Shown here piece by piece: positions 24,985 to 38,137 of a stretch of DNA of 64,000 nt. The DNA is taken from the NCBI GenBank assembly GCA_038087875.1, contig CM075997.1, positions 1,862,001-1,926,000 on the forward strand, written 5' to 3'. Every line of letters starts with the position of its first letter. The first letter of the stretch is position 1. This DNA is from Malacoraja senta (lineage: Eukaryota). The translations under genes were made by a program, and so were the position numbers. The notes under the pieces were generated by a model that saw only the letters and a program-made list of their open reading frames with translations, searched no databases and was not told the DNA's origin.

Positions 24985-25660
24985 GTTTAAGAAGGAACTG
25001 CAGATGCTGGAAAAATCGAAGGGAGACAAAAAATGCTGGAGAAACTCAGCGGGTGAGGCAGCATCTATGGAGCCAAGGAATAGGTGACGTTTCGGGTCGA
25101 GACCCTTCTTAAGAAGGAATAGGTGACTTTTCGGATCGAGACCCTTCTTCAGAAGGAATAGGTGACGTTTCGGGTCGAGACCTTTCTTCAGAAGGAATAG
25201 GTGACGTTTCGGGTCGAGACCCTTCTTAAGAAGGAATAGGTGACGTTTCGGGTCGAGACCTTTCTTCAGAAGGAATAGGTGACGTTTCGGGTCGAGACCC
25301 TTCTTAAGAAGGAATAGGTGACGTTTCGGGTCGAGACCCTTCTTCAGAAGGAATAGGTGACGTTTCGGGTCGAGACCCTTCTTCAGAAGGAATAGGTTTC
25401 GTTTCGGTTCGAGACCCTTCTTCAGAGGGAATAGGTTTCGTTTCGGGTCGAGACCCTTCTTCAGAAGGAATAGGTGACGTTTCGGGTCGAGACTCTTCTT
25501 CAGAAGGAATAGGTGACGTTTCGGGTCGAGACCCTTCTTCAGAAGGAATAGGTGACGTTTCGGGTCGAGACCCTTCGGGTCTCAACCCGAAACGTCACCT
25601 ATTCCTTCGCTCCATAGATGCTGCCTCACCCGCTGAGTTTCTCCAGCATTTGTGTCTACT
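24985..25660. mobile_element. Fold-back PLE-derived element with 13 x 39-bp tandem array
   Basis: Unit aggaataggtgacgtttcgggtcgagacccttcttcaga from 25076 (last, partial unit starts 25544). Flanked by tccaactaagat (24973-24984) and tccaactaggat (25662-25673). Confidence 0.88.
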
Positions 25661-26212
25661 CTCCAACTAGGATAACCTTCTATGATCGCCGGTCGGCGCG
25701 GACCCGGCGGGCCGAAGGGCCTGTTTCCACGCTATATCTCTAAACTAAACCGCCCGGTAAACCATAAATATACCGCCTTGTTGATAATCCCTGGATATCC
25801 CAAAGCCCTCGGCAAGAATGGATTACGTTTGAAATGTAACCATTTACGAGGCGACAACTGATTTGTTCAGAGCCAGCTCCCTAAGGTTGCCCTGAAGAGA
25901 ATTAAGTTAAAAATCTGCACCGAAAAAAAAAATTCCAGCTGCTGAAAATCTGAAATGAAAGTAGAAAAATGCAGGCAACGTTCTCCAAGTCAGGTTGCTT
26001 GTACTGGAAGGGCCTTCAACCTGGAGTGTTGGCTATTGTTTCTCTTCCCACACATATGGGCTTTACCCGCTGAGTATTTAAGGAACTGCAGATGCTGGTT
26101 TCAACCGAAGAGAGACACAATATGCTGGAGTAACTCAGCGGGGCAGGCAGCACATTCGGACCGAAGAAGGGTCTCCACCGGGAACGGAGATGCTGCCTGT
26201 CCTGCTGAGGTA

Positions 26213-26215
<3 letters not shown>

Positions 26216-26256
<41 letters not shown>

Positions 26257-26321
26257 AATGCGTGTGTGTGTGTGTGTGTGTGTCTGTGTGTGTGTCTGTG
26301 TATGCGTGTGTGGGTGTGTGC

Positions 26322-26356
<35 letters not shown>

Positions 26357-26358
26357 AA

Positions 26359-26394
<36 letters not shown>

Positions 26395-26431
26395 TGTGTG
26401 TGTGTCTGTGTATGCGTGTGTGGGTGTGTGC

Positions 26432-26492
<61 letters not shown>

Positions 26493-26505
26493 AATGCGTG
26501 TGTGG

Positions 26506-26570
<65 letters not shown>

Positions 26571-26818
26571 AATGCGTGTGTGGGTGTGTGTGTGTGTGTG
26601 TGTGTGTGTATGAATGCGTGTGTGGGGTGTGTGCGTGTGTGTGTGTGCGCATGTATGCGCGTGTGCGTGTGTCTGTGTGTGCGTGCGCGTGCATGTGTGT
26701 GTGCATGTGTGTATGCATGTGTGTGTGGGTGTGTGCTTGTACATGTGCGTGTGCGTGTGAGTGTGCATTTGAGTGTGTGCGTGTGCGTGTGCGTGTGCGT
26801 GTGCGTGTGCGTGTGTGC
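26216..26818. repeat. Imperfect (TG)n microsatellite
   Basis: Directly visible, punctuated by atgaatgc. Confidence 0.97.
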
Positions 26819-29048
26819 CTTCAGCCCATAACCCGCGACACCCATACTAATCAAATATTTATCTCTTTGTTTTACAAATATCCACTGACTCGGCCTCCAC
26901 AGAATCCCACAGATTCACCACCCTCTGACTAAAGAAATTCCTCCTCATCTCCTTCCTAAAGGAACGTCCTTTAATTCTGTGACTATGACCTCTAGTCCTA
27001 GACTCTCCCACTAGTGGAAACCTCCTCTCCACATCCACTCTATCCAGGCCTTTCACTATTCAGTGAGGTGTCCCCTCATCCTTCTAAACTCCAGCGAGTA
27101 CAGGCCCAGCGCCAATAACCGCTCATCAGAGGTTAACCTACTCATCCCTGGGATATATATATTTAGTTTTCTCTCTCTGTTCGCGATGGCGGTGGCTACA
27201 GACAGGCATTAAATCAAGGATTCAGCGCTCAGCGCAGTTCCCAAGACTTCATCGACCTGAGTCTCTCCTGCCCAGACCCGATCAATAGCTGGGTTGGAAC
27301 GAGACCTGGTTTCATTTCTCTCGGATCTGCAGCAAGGGGCAGAGGTTAAAGGCCAAGTCCTTCTGAGCTGGGATCAGTGACTGATGAGTGTTTGGTGAAG
27401 GTGTCTCAGTGGGGGGAGGTGCAGCCTCGGTCAATGGGAGCCTGGTGCTGACGGTCTGGGGGAAATCTCTCCGGCTGGAAGCATCAACTCCTCCAGGCCT
27501 CTGCGTCTCTTGGACGATAGACAGGACGAAGGGCCTGTTTCCGCGATGTATCTCCAAACCAAACTAACCTGCACTGACCAGACTTGTAACGAACAGCAGA
27601 TGCTGGTTTTTACAAAAAGAAATGTGGAACTCTCTGCCACAGAAGGTAGTTGAGGCCAGTTCATTGGCTATATTTAAGAGGGAGTTAGATGTGGCCCTTG
27701 TGGCTAAAGGGATCAGGGGGTATGGAGAGAAGGCAGGTACAGGATACTGAGTTGGATGATCAGCCATGATCATATTGAATGGCGGTGCAGGCTCGAAGGG
27801 CCGAATGGCCTACTCCTGCACCTATTTTCTATGTATCTATGTTTCTAAGTCACTGTGGTTGCCGGGCTGCCCATAGTTTGGTTCAGTTTAGAGATACGGG
27901 GCGGAAGATACAGGCCCTTCGGCCCGCCGAGTCTGTACTGCCCAGCGATCCTTACACATTAACACGGCCCAACGCGCACTAGTGTCAAGGAGACAGTGAG
28001 GGTTGGAAAGCGAGGAAGAAAATGCAAACGGCGCAGCGGTTGAGATGCTGCCTCACAGCGCCAGAGACCCAGGTTCGCTCCTGACAACAGGTGCTGCCTG
28101 TGTGGAGTTTGCACGTTCTCCCCGTGGGTTTTCTCCAAGATCATCCATTTCCTCCCACCCTCTAAAGATGCACAGGTTAGGTAGGTTGGTAGACAAAAAA
28201 TGCTGGAGAAACTCAGCGGGTGAGGCAGCATCTATGGACGTCACCTATTTCCTTCGCTCCATAGATGCTGCTGCACCCGCTGAGTTTCTCCAGCATTTTT
28301 TGTCCACCTTCGATTTTTCCAGCATCTGCAGTTCCTTCTTAAACAGGTTAGTAGGTTAGTTGGTAGACAAAAATGCTGGAGAAACTCAGCGGGTGAGGCA
28401 GCATCTATGGAGCGAAGGAAATAGGCAACGTTTCGGGCCGAAACCCTTCTTCAGACTAGGTTAGTTGCTTTGCCCCGCCAACTCCCCTGACATCAGTCTG
28501 AAGAAGGGTCTCGACCCGAAACATCACCCATTCCTTCTCTCCAGAGACGCTGCCTGTCCCGCTGAGTTACTCCAGCTCTTTGTGTCTGCCTTCGGGTGAG
28601 TAGGCTAATTGGCTTGGAACAAATGTAACTTGTCCCTAGTGTGTGTAGGATAGTGTTAATGTGCGGGGATCGCTGGCCAGCACACAGTCAGTGGGCCGAA
28701 GGGCCTGTTTCCGCGCTGTATCTCCAAACTGAACTCACCTGCACTGACCAGACTTGTTGTAACGAACAGCAGATGCTGGTTTTACAAAAGGAAAGCCGCT
28801 CGGCTGGTCAGGCAGGATCTCTGGCGGACGTGGATAGGTGACATTTCTGAACGTCAAGTGTTTGAAGAAGGGTCCCGACCCGAAACGTGACATCTCCATG
28901 TTCTCCAGAGATGCTTAGGGGTTTGATGATGTTTCGGGTCGGGACCCTTCTTCAGATTAATTCTACATCATCACACATTCTCATCCACTCTTGCATTCTG
29001 TGTCCATCTGGGGTTTGTAGGTGAATTGGCTTCTGTAAATTGACCCGA

Positions 29049-29533
29049 GATTGTTAAGGGCTTGGACACGCTCGAGGCAGGCAACATGTTCCCGATGTTG
29101 GGGGAGTCCAGAACCAGGGGCCACAGTTTAAGAATAAGGAGTAAGCCATTTAGAACGGAGATGAGGAAACGCTTTTTCTCACAGAGAGTGGTGAGTCTGT
29201 GGAATTCTCTGCCTCAGGTGGAGGCAGGTTCTCTGGATGCTTTCAAGAGAGAGCTAGATAGGGCTCTTAAATATAGCGGAGTCAGGGGATATGGGGAGAA
29301 GGCAGGAACGGGGTACTGATTGGGGATGATCAGCCATGATCACATTGAATGGCAGTGCTGGCTCGAAGGGCCGAATGGCCTACTCCTGCACCTATTGTCT
29401 ATTGTCTATTGATATGGGGAGAAGGCAGGAACGGGGTACTGATTGGGGATGATCAGCCATGATCACATTGAATGGCGGTGCTGGCTCGAAGGGCTGAATG
29501 GCCTACTCCTGCACCTATTGTCTATTGTCTATT
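29049..29533 (+). mobile_element. CR1 3' fragment with tandemly duplicated terminal ~122 bp
   Basis: gatatggggagaaggcagg...tattgtctattg occurs twice in succession (about 29289-29411 and 29411-29533). Confidence 0.88.
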
Positions 29534-31329
29534 GAGTGGAGGATAGAACTAGTGTACGGGGTGATCGCTGGTCAACACGGGCTTAGTGGGCTGAAGGGCC
29601 TGTTTCCAACTAAACTAGGGTACGGTGCTGACTCAATGGGCTGAATGGCTCCTTGCTGCAGCGAAACATGTCTATTTTTGTAAAAGTTATTTCCAAAAAG
29701 TTTCAGCGTGACGTGTAAAAATATTTACTTTGAGCTGGAAAGATCTCCCTGGAGTTGTGGCGGTTGGAGGTTCAATGGTGGCTTTTCAAAGACCGACAGA
29801 GGATGAAACGGTTTGCAGGATTAATGCCTGGACACATGTAAACCAATGCCTCATACTCGGCCTGCTCCCGTGTACAGTTGAGAAGCAAAGTTACATAAAC
29901 CTGGGGACACGGCTCAGACGATTTCCCACGCATCACTCTCGACCAACACAAAATGCCGGAGTAACTCAGCGGGACAGGCAGCAGAGACGGAGAGAAGGGA
30001 TGGGTGACGTTTCGGGTCGAGACCCTTCTTCTGAAGAAGGGTATCGGCAGGGATGGAACGCTTCTTGTCCGTCATGTCCATGGGACTCCACAACCAACAA
30101 GAAGGCCCAGTCTGGGTTTAGAGAAGAGGCACATAGGAGAAGCGGGACTGCAATGCAAAGAGCTATCACAGATGCAGTGGGCTGAATGGCCTCATTCTAC
30201 GCTGCAAGCTTTCTGTGTGAGACAAAGAGGCCTCATTTGCCCGAAGCGTTGCCTCTTTGCTTGCATCCATCCATCTCCCCAGAAAACAAGCAAATCAGAT
30301 CCCCATTCAACATTTTCCTCAAATCCCCTTCCCCTTTGATCTCTCGTGGCTTTCACACCTTACCCTTCCATATCTCTATGCCTCCCTCTCCCCTGACTCC
30401 TGGTACGGAGTTTGTACGTTCTCCGTGGGTTTTCTCCGAGATCTTCCATTTCCTCCCACATTCCAGAGACGTACAGGCTGGGTAGGTTGGTAGACAAAAA
30501 ATGCCGGAGAAACTCAGCGGGTGAGGCAGCATCTATGGAGAGAAGTCGCCTATTCTTTCGCTCCATAGATGCTGCCTAACCCGCTGAGTTTCTCCAGCAT
30601 TTTTGTCCACCTTCGACTTTTCCAGCATCTGCAGTTCTTTCTTAAACAGGTTAGTAGGTTTGTCCCGCCAACTCCCCTGACACCAGTCTGAAGAAGGTTC
30701 TCGACCTGAAACTTCACCCATTCCTTCTCTCCAGAGATGCTGCCTGTCCTGCTGAGTTTTTGTGTCTATCTTCAAATACGTTTCCATTCCTTCATCATCT
30801 ACCCCCTGAATTCTCTGCCTCAGAGGGCGGTGGAGGCAGGTTCCCTGGATGCTTTCAAGAGAGAGCTAGATAGGGCTCTTAAAGATAGCGGAGTCGGGGG
30901 ATATGGGGAGAAGGCAGGAACGGGGTACTGATTGGGGATGATCAGCCATGATCACATTGAATGGCGGTGCTGGCTCGAAGGGCCGAATGGCCTCCTCCTG
31001 CACCTATTGTCTATTGTCTATTGACTCCCCACCCCACCAGTCCGTGTCCAGAATACTGCATGGGTTCAAGAAGGCAGCCTACCACAACAAGCATCTCAAG
31101 GTCACAAGGTCATAAGTGATAGGATCATAATTAGGCCATTCGGCCCATCAAGTCTACTCAGCCATTCAATCACGACTGATCTATCTCTCCCTCCTAACCC
31201 CATTCTCCTGCCTTCCCACAATTGGGGGGGGGGGGCAGTTTTAATTTGTGATCTAAATTACAATTTAAATAACAAAGTACAAACTTGCAAACCGTCAACT
31301 TACAATTTAGAAAAGCCAATTATAAATAG

Positions 31330-31757
31330 AGACAATAGACAATAGGTGCAGGAGTAGGCCATTCGGCCCTTCGAGCCAGCACCGCCATTCAATGTGATCA
31401 TGGCTGATCATCCCCAATCAGTACCCCGTTCCTGCTTTCTCCCCATATCCCTTGATTCCGTTGGCCCTTAGAGCTAAATCTAACTCTCTCTTGAAAACAT
31501 CCAGTGAATCGGCCTCCACTGCCTTCTGTGACAGAGAATTCCACAGATTCACAACTCTCTGGGTGAAAAGGTTTTTCCTCATCTCAGTCCTAAATGGCCG
31601 ACCCCTTATTCTTAAACTGTGACCCCTGGTTCTGGGCTCCCGCAACATGCGCGGAAAATTTTTCCTGCCTCCAGCCTGTCCAATCCCTTAATAATTTTAT
31701 ATGTTGCTATAAGATTCCCGCTCATCCTTCTAAATTCAAGTGAATACAAGCCCAGTC
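31330..31757 (-). mobile_element. CR1 3' fragment
   Basis: RLGLYSLEFRRM...LFTQRVVNLWNSL; caataga tail. Confidence 0.85.
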
Positions 31758-34700
31758 GATGCATGTTCAAGAAGGAACTGCAGATGCTGGAAAATCGAAG
31801 GTAGACAAAATTGCTGGAGGAACTCAGCGGGTGCAGCAACATTGAGAGTTAGATAGAGCTCTAGGGGCTAGTGGAATCAAGGGATATGGGGAGAAGGCAG
31901 GCACGGGTTATTGATAGGGGACGATCAGCCATGATCACAATGAATGGCGGTGCTGGCTCGAAGGACCGCATGGCCTCCTCCTGCACCTATTTTCTATGTT
32001 TCTATGTTTCTATCTATGGAGCGAAGGAAATAGGCAACGTTTCGGGCCGAAACGTTGCCTATTTCCTTCGCTCCATAGATGCTGCCTCACCCGCTGAGTT
32101 TCCCCAGCAATTTTGTCTACCCCAGTCGACCCATTCTTTCCTCGTCTACAAACGAGTACGTCTGAGTGAAACCGGGGCACCCGGAGGAACCCACGCGGTC
32201 ACGGGGAGAACGTGCAAACTCCGTACGGACATCGAGCCAGGCTCGGGGGGCGCGGAGGGGAGAACCAGATCGGGTTTCGACGAGCTGTCTGCTGGGTTCC
32301 AGGCCACAGCCCTTTCCTTCCACCCCGAGCTACCACTGAGACCTGGCGTTGTGACTGGGATACGCAATGTTTGCTTGTGTTGAGTGGGTTGCTGAGAATA
32401 TATTTTACCCAGAGTCGGCTCCTCGGCCTTTCAAAGCACGTAGTCAGCCCGGGCCTCTGGTGGCTGCTCAGAACTCCAGCACACACATCAGACACGTCAA
32501 AACCCGCAGTGCGAATCACGCCAGCCAAAAGCAGACTTGTATTTAAGGTGAAGGGGGAAAGATATAATGGGAAGCTGAGGGGGTAACTTTTACACACAAA
32601 GGGTGGTGGGTGTATGGAACAAGCTGCCAGAGGAGGTAGTTGAGGCTGGGACTATCCCATCATTTAAGAAACAGTTAGATAGGCAAATGAATAGGACAAG
32701 TTTGGAGGGATATGGACCAAGCACAGGCAAGTGATATGTTTGCCAGTTTGGGCAAGTTGGGTCGAAGGGCCTGTTTCCACCCTGTATCACTCTGTGACTC
32801 TAGTTATATAATGTTTACACAACCTTCCTGGGATGTCCCCATCCCCTAGCCGCTGAGGTTATAAGGAATAGGAGTAGAATCAGGCCATTCGGCCCATCAA
32901 CTCTATTCTGCTATTCAATCAGTGCTGATCTATCTCTCCCTCCTAACCCCATTCTTCTGCCTTCTCCCCATAACCTGCCTCCTCTGACACCCGTACTAAT
33001 CCTGTAATCTAAGGATCGCCCGAGAGCACAGAAGAAATCCATTCGGCCCATCGGGCCCGTGCTAGCCCCTGGTCGACCAATTCTGTCAATCTTTCGAATT
33101 GTCCCTCCTCCTTCACTATAAGTTCATAAATACATGTGATGGGAGCAGAATTAGGCCATTCGGCCCATCAAGTCTACTCCGCCATTCAATCGCGGCTGAT
33201 CTACCTCTCCCATTCTCCTGCCTTCTCCCCATAACCCCCGACACCCGTACTAATCGTGGTTTGGAGATGGCAGATGCAGGAGCCAAGAGCACAATACAAA
33301 TTACTGGAAGAACTCAGCGGGTCAGGCAGCATCTGTGGCGGGAATCGGCAGACGATGTTTCGGGTCGGGACCCTCCATTAGACTTCAGTGTGGATCACCG
33401 GTCAGTTTTTGTCCCACCCCATCCCCTCACCTCTCTTCACCAGCTTTCCCCCTCCGTCCGAAGATGGGTGGCGGCCCGGAACGTCGCCAGTCCATTCCTT
33501 CCGCAGATGCTGCCCGACCCGTTGAGTTCTTCCGGCACTTTCCTTCTTGATCGATTCTGTTTCCCAGCGACAGGCGCTGAGTTTAGACGTTAGAGATAAG
33601 GAAACAGGCCCTTCGGCCCATCGGGTCAGCGCTGACCGGCGAGCATTCCGTACGTTATCCCACGCACTAGGGACAATTATTTGCCAATTAACCTACAAAC
33701 CAGTCTCTGGAGCGTAAGGGGCTCAGTTAGGCAGCGGGGAGAGCTGTTGCCTCACAGTGTCACAGACTCAGGTTCCATCATAATCTCGGGTGCGGAGTTT
33801 GCACGTACTCCCGGCAGCCGCGTGGGTTGCCTCCAGGTGCCCAGGTTTCCTCCCACATCCCAAAGACGTGTGGGTTTGTAGGTTAATTGGCCCTAGTGTG
33901 TAGGGAGTGGATGCGAAAATGGGATAACACTGGGATTGGTTAGTGTGGGAGTCTCTTGCGTATGGCGTGCACAGCCTAAGGTTGTAGGTCAAATTGTTCT
34001 ACTTGACCTTGTTTGTGCATGTTGAGTTGATTGCTTCCGTCGAAACAGTGAAGGTTGCAATCTCCCACCCCTGTCAGAGGTTATGGGGGGAATGGTGTTA
34101 GGAGGGAGAGATAGATCAGCATTGATTGAATGGCGGAGTAGACTTGATGGGCCGAATGGCCTAAGTCTGCTCCTATCACTTATGGTTTGATGAACAGACT
34201 GTAGAACTAGGTTGTTTAAGAAGGAACTGCAGATGCTGGAAAATCGAAGGCGGACAAAAGTGCTGGAGAAACTCAGCGGGTGAGGCAGCATCTATGGAGC
34301 GAAGGAAATAGGCAACGTTTCGGGACGAAACCCTGAAGGAAATAGGCAACGTTTCGGGCCGAAACCCGAAAGGGTTTCGGCCCGAAACGTTGCCTATTTC
34401 CTTCGCTCCATAGATGCTGCTGCACCCAAGTTAATCTAGTACTGTGGGAGACAAAAATGCTGGAGAAACTCAGCGGGTGAGGCAGCATCTATGGAGCGAA
34501 GGAAATAGGCAACGTCTCCGAAACGGCCCGAAACGTTGCCTATTTCCTTTGCTCCGTAGATGCTGCTGCACTCGTAGAACTAGTGTGAATGGGGGACCGA
34601 TGGCCGGCGCGGACACGGTGGGCCGAAGGGCCTGTTTCCGCGATGTATCTCCAAAACTAACGTTGACTATTCTCCCCCAAGTGCAGGGAGCAGCTCAGGG

Positions 34701-35711
34701 CCGCAGGGACTGAGAATGTTGTCGATTGTGTCGGTACTGATGCTCTCTCATCTTGTGTCCCCACAATAGGAACTCAGCAACGAAGAGGTCCCACGTCTCT
34801 GGCCATTGAGCTCTTTGAGCTACACGTGGGTGGACACATCCTGCAGGTAAGGAGATACCTCCACTTGGACCTCTGCCAAGCAATGTGGTGTGGTGTGGTC
34901 ATTCAGCACGGAATCAGTCTGAAGAAGGCTCTCGACCCGAAACGTCATACGCTGAGAGAATGGAGCGGCTGGGATTGTACACTCTGGAATTTAGAAGGAT
35001 GAGAGGGGATCTTATTGAAACATATAGAAGGGTTTCGGCCCGAAACGTTGCCTATATCCTTCGCTCCATAGATGCTGCTGCACCCGCTGAGTTTCTCCAG
35101 CACTTTTGTCCACCTAAGATTATTAAGGGCTTGGACACGCTAGAGGCAGGAAACATGTTCCCCGATGTTGGGGGAGTCCAGAACCAGGGACCACACACAG
35201 TTTAAGACTAGGGGTAAGCCATTTAGAACTACCATTTAGATGAGGAAACACCTTTTCACACAGAGAATGGTGAGTCTGTGGAATTCTCTGGCTCAGAGGG
35301 CGGTGGAGGCCGGTTCTCTGGATGCTTTCAAGAGAGAGCTAGATAGGGCTCTTAAAGATAGCGGAGTCAGGAACAGGGTACTGATTGTGGATGATCAGCC
35401 ATGATTACATTGAATGGCGGTGCTGGCTCGAAGGGCCGAATGGCCTACTCCTGCACCTATTGTCTATTGTCTATTATCTATTGGCACCCATTCCTTCTCT
35501 CCAGAGATGCTGCCTGTCCTGCTGAATTACTCCAGCTTTTTGTATCTACCTTCGGTTGTAACCAGCAGTTTCTTCCTACACAATCAGACCCTTCGGCCCA
35601 ACTAGTCCATGTCCACCAAGATGTCCATCCTAAGCTGATCCTATTCAGCGTTTGGCCCACATCCCTCTCTCAACCTTTCCAATCCATGTACCTGTCCAAG
35701 TGTCTTTTTGC

Positions 35712-36165
35712 AGAGAATTTCTATCACACAAACCTACCTCCCTGCCATTGACTCCATTTACACCTCACGCTGCCTTGGCAAGGCCAGCAGCATCATCAAG
35801 GACCAGTCGCTGCCCCCCGGCCACTCCCTCTTCTCCCCTCTCCCATCGGGCAAGAGGTACAGGTGTGAAAATGCACACCTCCATATTCAGGGACAGTTTC
35901 TTCCCAGCTGTTATCAGGCAACTGAATCATCCTACCACAACCAGAGAGCGGTCATGAATTACATCTACCTCATTGGTGACCCTCGGACTATCCTTGATCG
36001 GACTTTGCTGGCTTTACCTTGCACTAAACGTTATTCCCTCATCATGTATCTGTACACTGTGGACGGCTCGATTGTAATCATGTATTGTCATTCTGCTGGC
36101 TGGTTAGCATGCAACAAAAGCTTTTCACTGTACCTCGATACATGTGACAATAAACTAAACTGAAT
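35712..36165 (+). mobile_element. Rex1/Babar 3' end fragment
   Basis: LPAIDSIYTSRCLGKASSIIKD...LPSGKRYR, with 3' UTR ending tgtgacaataaactaaac. Confidence 0.8.
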
Positions 36166-36322
36166 AGAACTGAGAATGAAATAAGACCCTCTGGCCCAAC
36201 TAGTCCATGTTGACCAAAATGTCCAGCCTAGCTAGTCCCATTTAGCTTTTGGCCCAAGATAGACACAAAATGTTGGAATAATTCAGCAGGACAGGCAGCA
36301 TCTCTGGACAGAAGGAATGGGT

Positions 36323-36940
36323 GAAGGGTCTCGACCCGAAACGTCACCCATTCCCTCTCTCCAGAGATGCTGCCTGTCCCGCAGAGTTACTCCAGCACTC
36401 CGTGTGTTTTTTTTGTGTAAACCAGCATCTGCAGTTCCTCCTCTTCAGACCTCGGGGTCTGGAGAAGGGTCTCGACCCGAAACGTCACCTATTCCTTTTC
36501 TCCAGAGATGCTGCCTGGCCCGCAGAGTTACTCCAGCACTCCGTGTTTTTTTTTTGTGTAAACCAGCATCTGCAGTTCCTCCTCTTCAGACCTCAGGGTC
36601 TGGAGAAGCGTCTCGACCCGAAACGTCACCTATTCCTTTTCTCCAGAGATGCTGCCTGTCCCGCAGAGTTACTCCAGCACTCCGTGTGTTTTTTTTTGTG
36701 TGTAAACCAGCATCTGCAGTTCCTCCTCTTCAGACCTCAGGGTCTGGAGAAGGGTCTCGACCCGAAACGTCACCTATTCCTTTTCTCCAGAGATGCTGCC
36801 TGTCCCGCAGAGTTACTCCAGCACTCCGTGTTTTTTTTTTGTGTAAACCAGCATCTGCAGTTCATCCTCTTCAGACCTCACGGTCTGGAGAAGGGTCTCG
36901 ACCCGAAACGTCACCTATTCCTTTTCTCCAGAGATGCAGT
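36323..36940 (+). repeat. Tandem array of about 141-bp PLE-terminus-derived units (4 full + 1 partial)
   Basis: gaagggtctcgacccgaaacgtcacc (one copy gaagcg) recurs at 36323, 36464, 36605, 36749 and 36890. Confidence 0.9.
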
Positions 36941-37779
36941 CCGACCTGCTGAGTGACTCTAACCTGCGTCTCCTGGTTTCTCCTCCAGAGACGCCGTCTG
37001 ATCCGCTGAGTTGCTCCGGCACTTTGTGTCTGGAACGAGTTTCTGAACTTTGTGCGAGTCTGCGTGGAGTATCAAAGGGGAAGTGGGAGGAAGGGCAGGG
37101 GATTTGCAGGTTGGGATCTGAGGTTGTTGAGATGTACTGGAAGTCTATTGAGGCTTGTCCTTTCAAAGCGAAGCCATTAATCCATTGTCTAACTGATAGC
37201 AGAAACTTGCAGGTTGACATTTAGATGTGAGCTCCCCTGAATGGAGATGGATTAGGCTAATTACTGCTGTAGAGTAGTCATTATGGTTGTCTTTTTAGGC
37301 TGTAGGCTAATTGCAGAAAATGGCACGTGGAACTAATTTTTAAACTGTAATACATCAACTGCCAAGCATATCCTGAGTTATTGCCAAAGCCATTGTCAGG
37401 CTGCAGATATTATAAATGGCTCAATTCTGAAAAATTAACCACAATTGTATTTGAGTGGAAAAGTGAGCTACTTGCACATTATAATTTCACTTAAGCTTTC
37501 CCATTTAAAAACAAGCACACATTAGCAATAAATTTAATTAATCCAGATTCCCTCTGCCACAGGACAAAGATTACTCCCCCACTCCGCATATTCTACCTGT
37601 CGAAGAAGGGTCTCGACCCGGAACGTCACCCATTCCTTCCTTCAGAGGTGCTGCCCGACCCGCCGAGTTACTCCTGCGTTTTGTGTCTATCTTCGGAAGA
37701 GACTCACGGCTCCTGTGTCCCATTTCCCAAACCCGTCGCACCCAGTGCATTGAATAAGGGCCCCGACTCGAAACCAGGC

Positions 37780-38137
37780 TCGATGCAGGAAAAATGTTCC
37801 CCATGTTGGGCGAGTCCAGAACCTGGGGTCACAGTTTAAGAATACGGGGTTGGCCATTTAGGACTCAGATGAGGAAAAAACGTTTTCACCCAGAGAGTTG
37901 TGAATCTGTGGAATTCTCTGCCACAGAAGGCAGTGGAGGCCAATTCACTGGATGTTTTCAAGAGAGAGTTAGATTTAGCTCTTAGTGCTAAACGGAATCA
38001 AGGGATATGGGGAGAAAGCAGGAACGGGGTACTGATTCTGTATGATCAGCCATGATCATATTGAATGGTGGTGCTGGCTCGAAGGGCCGAATGGCCTACT
38101 CCTGCACCTTTTTTTCCATATTTCTATGTTTCTATGA
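37780..38137 (+). mobile_element. CR1 3' fragment
   Basis: MFPMLGESRTWGHSLRIRG; ttctatgt tail. Confidence 0.85.

Noticed and set aside
36317..36956. Two 211-aa repetitive ORFs
   Set aside because: By-product of 141/144-bp tandem units (multiples of 3) of a non-coding repeat.
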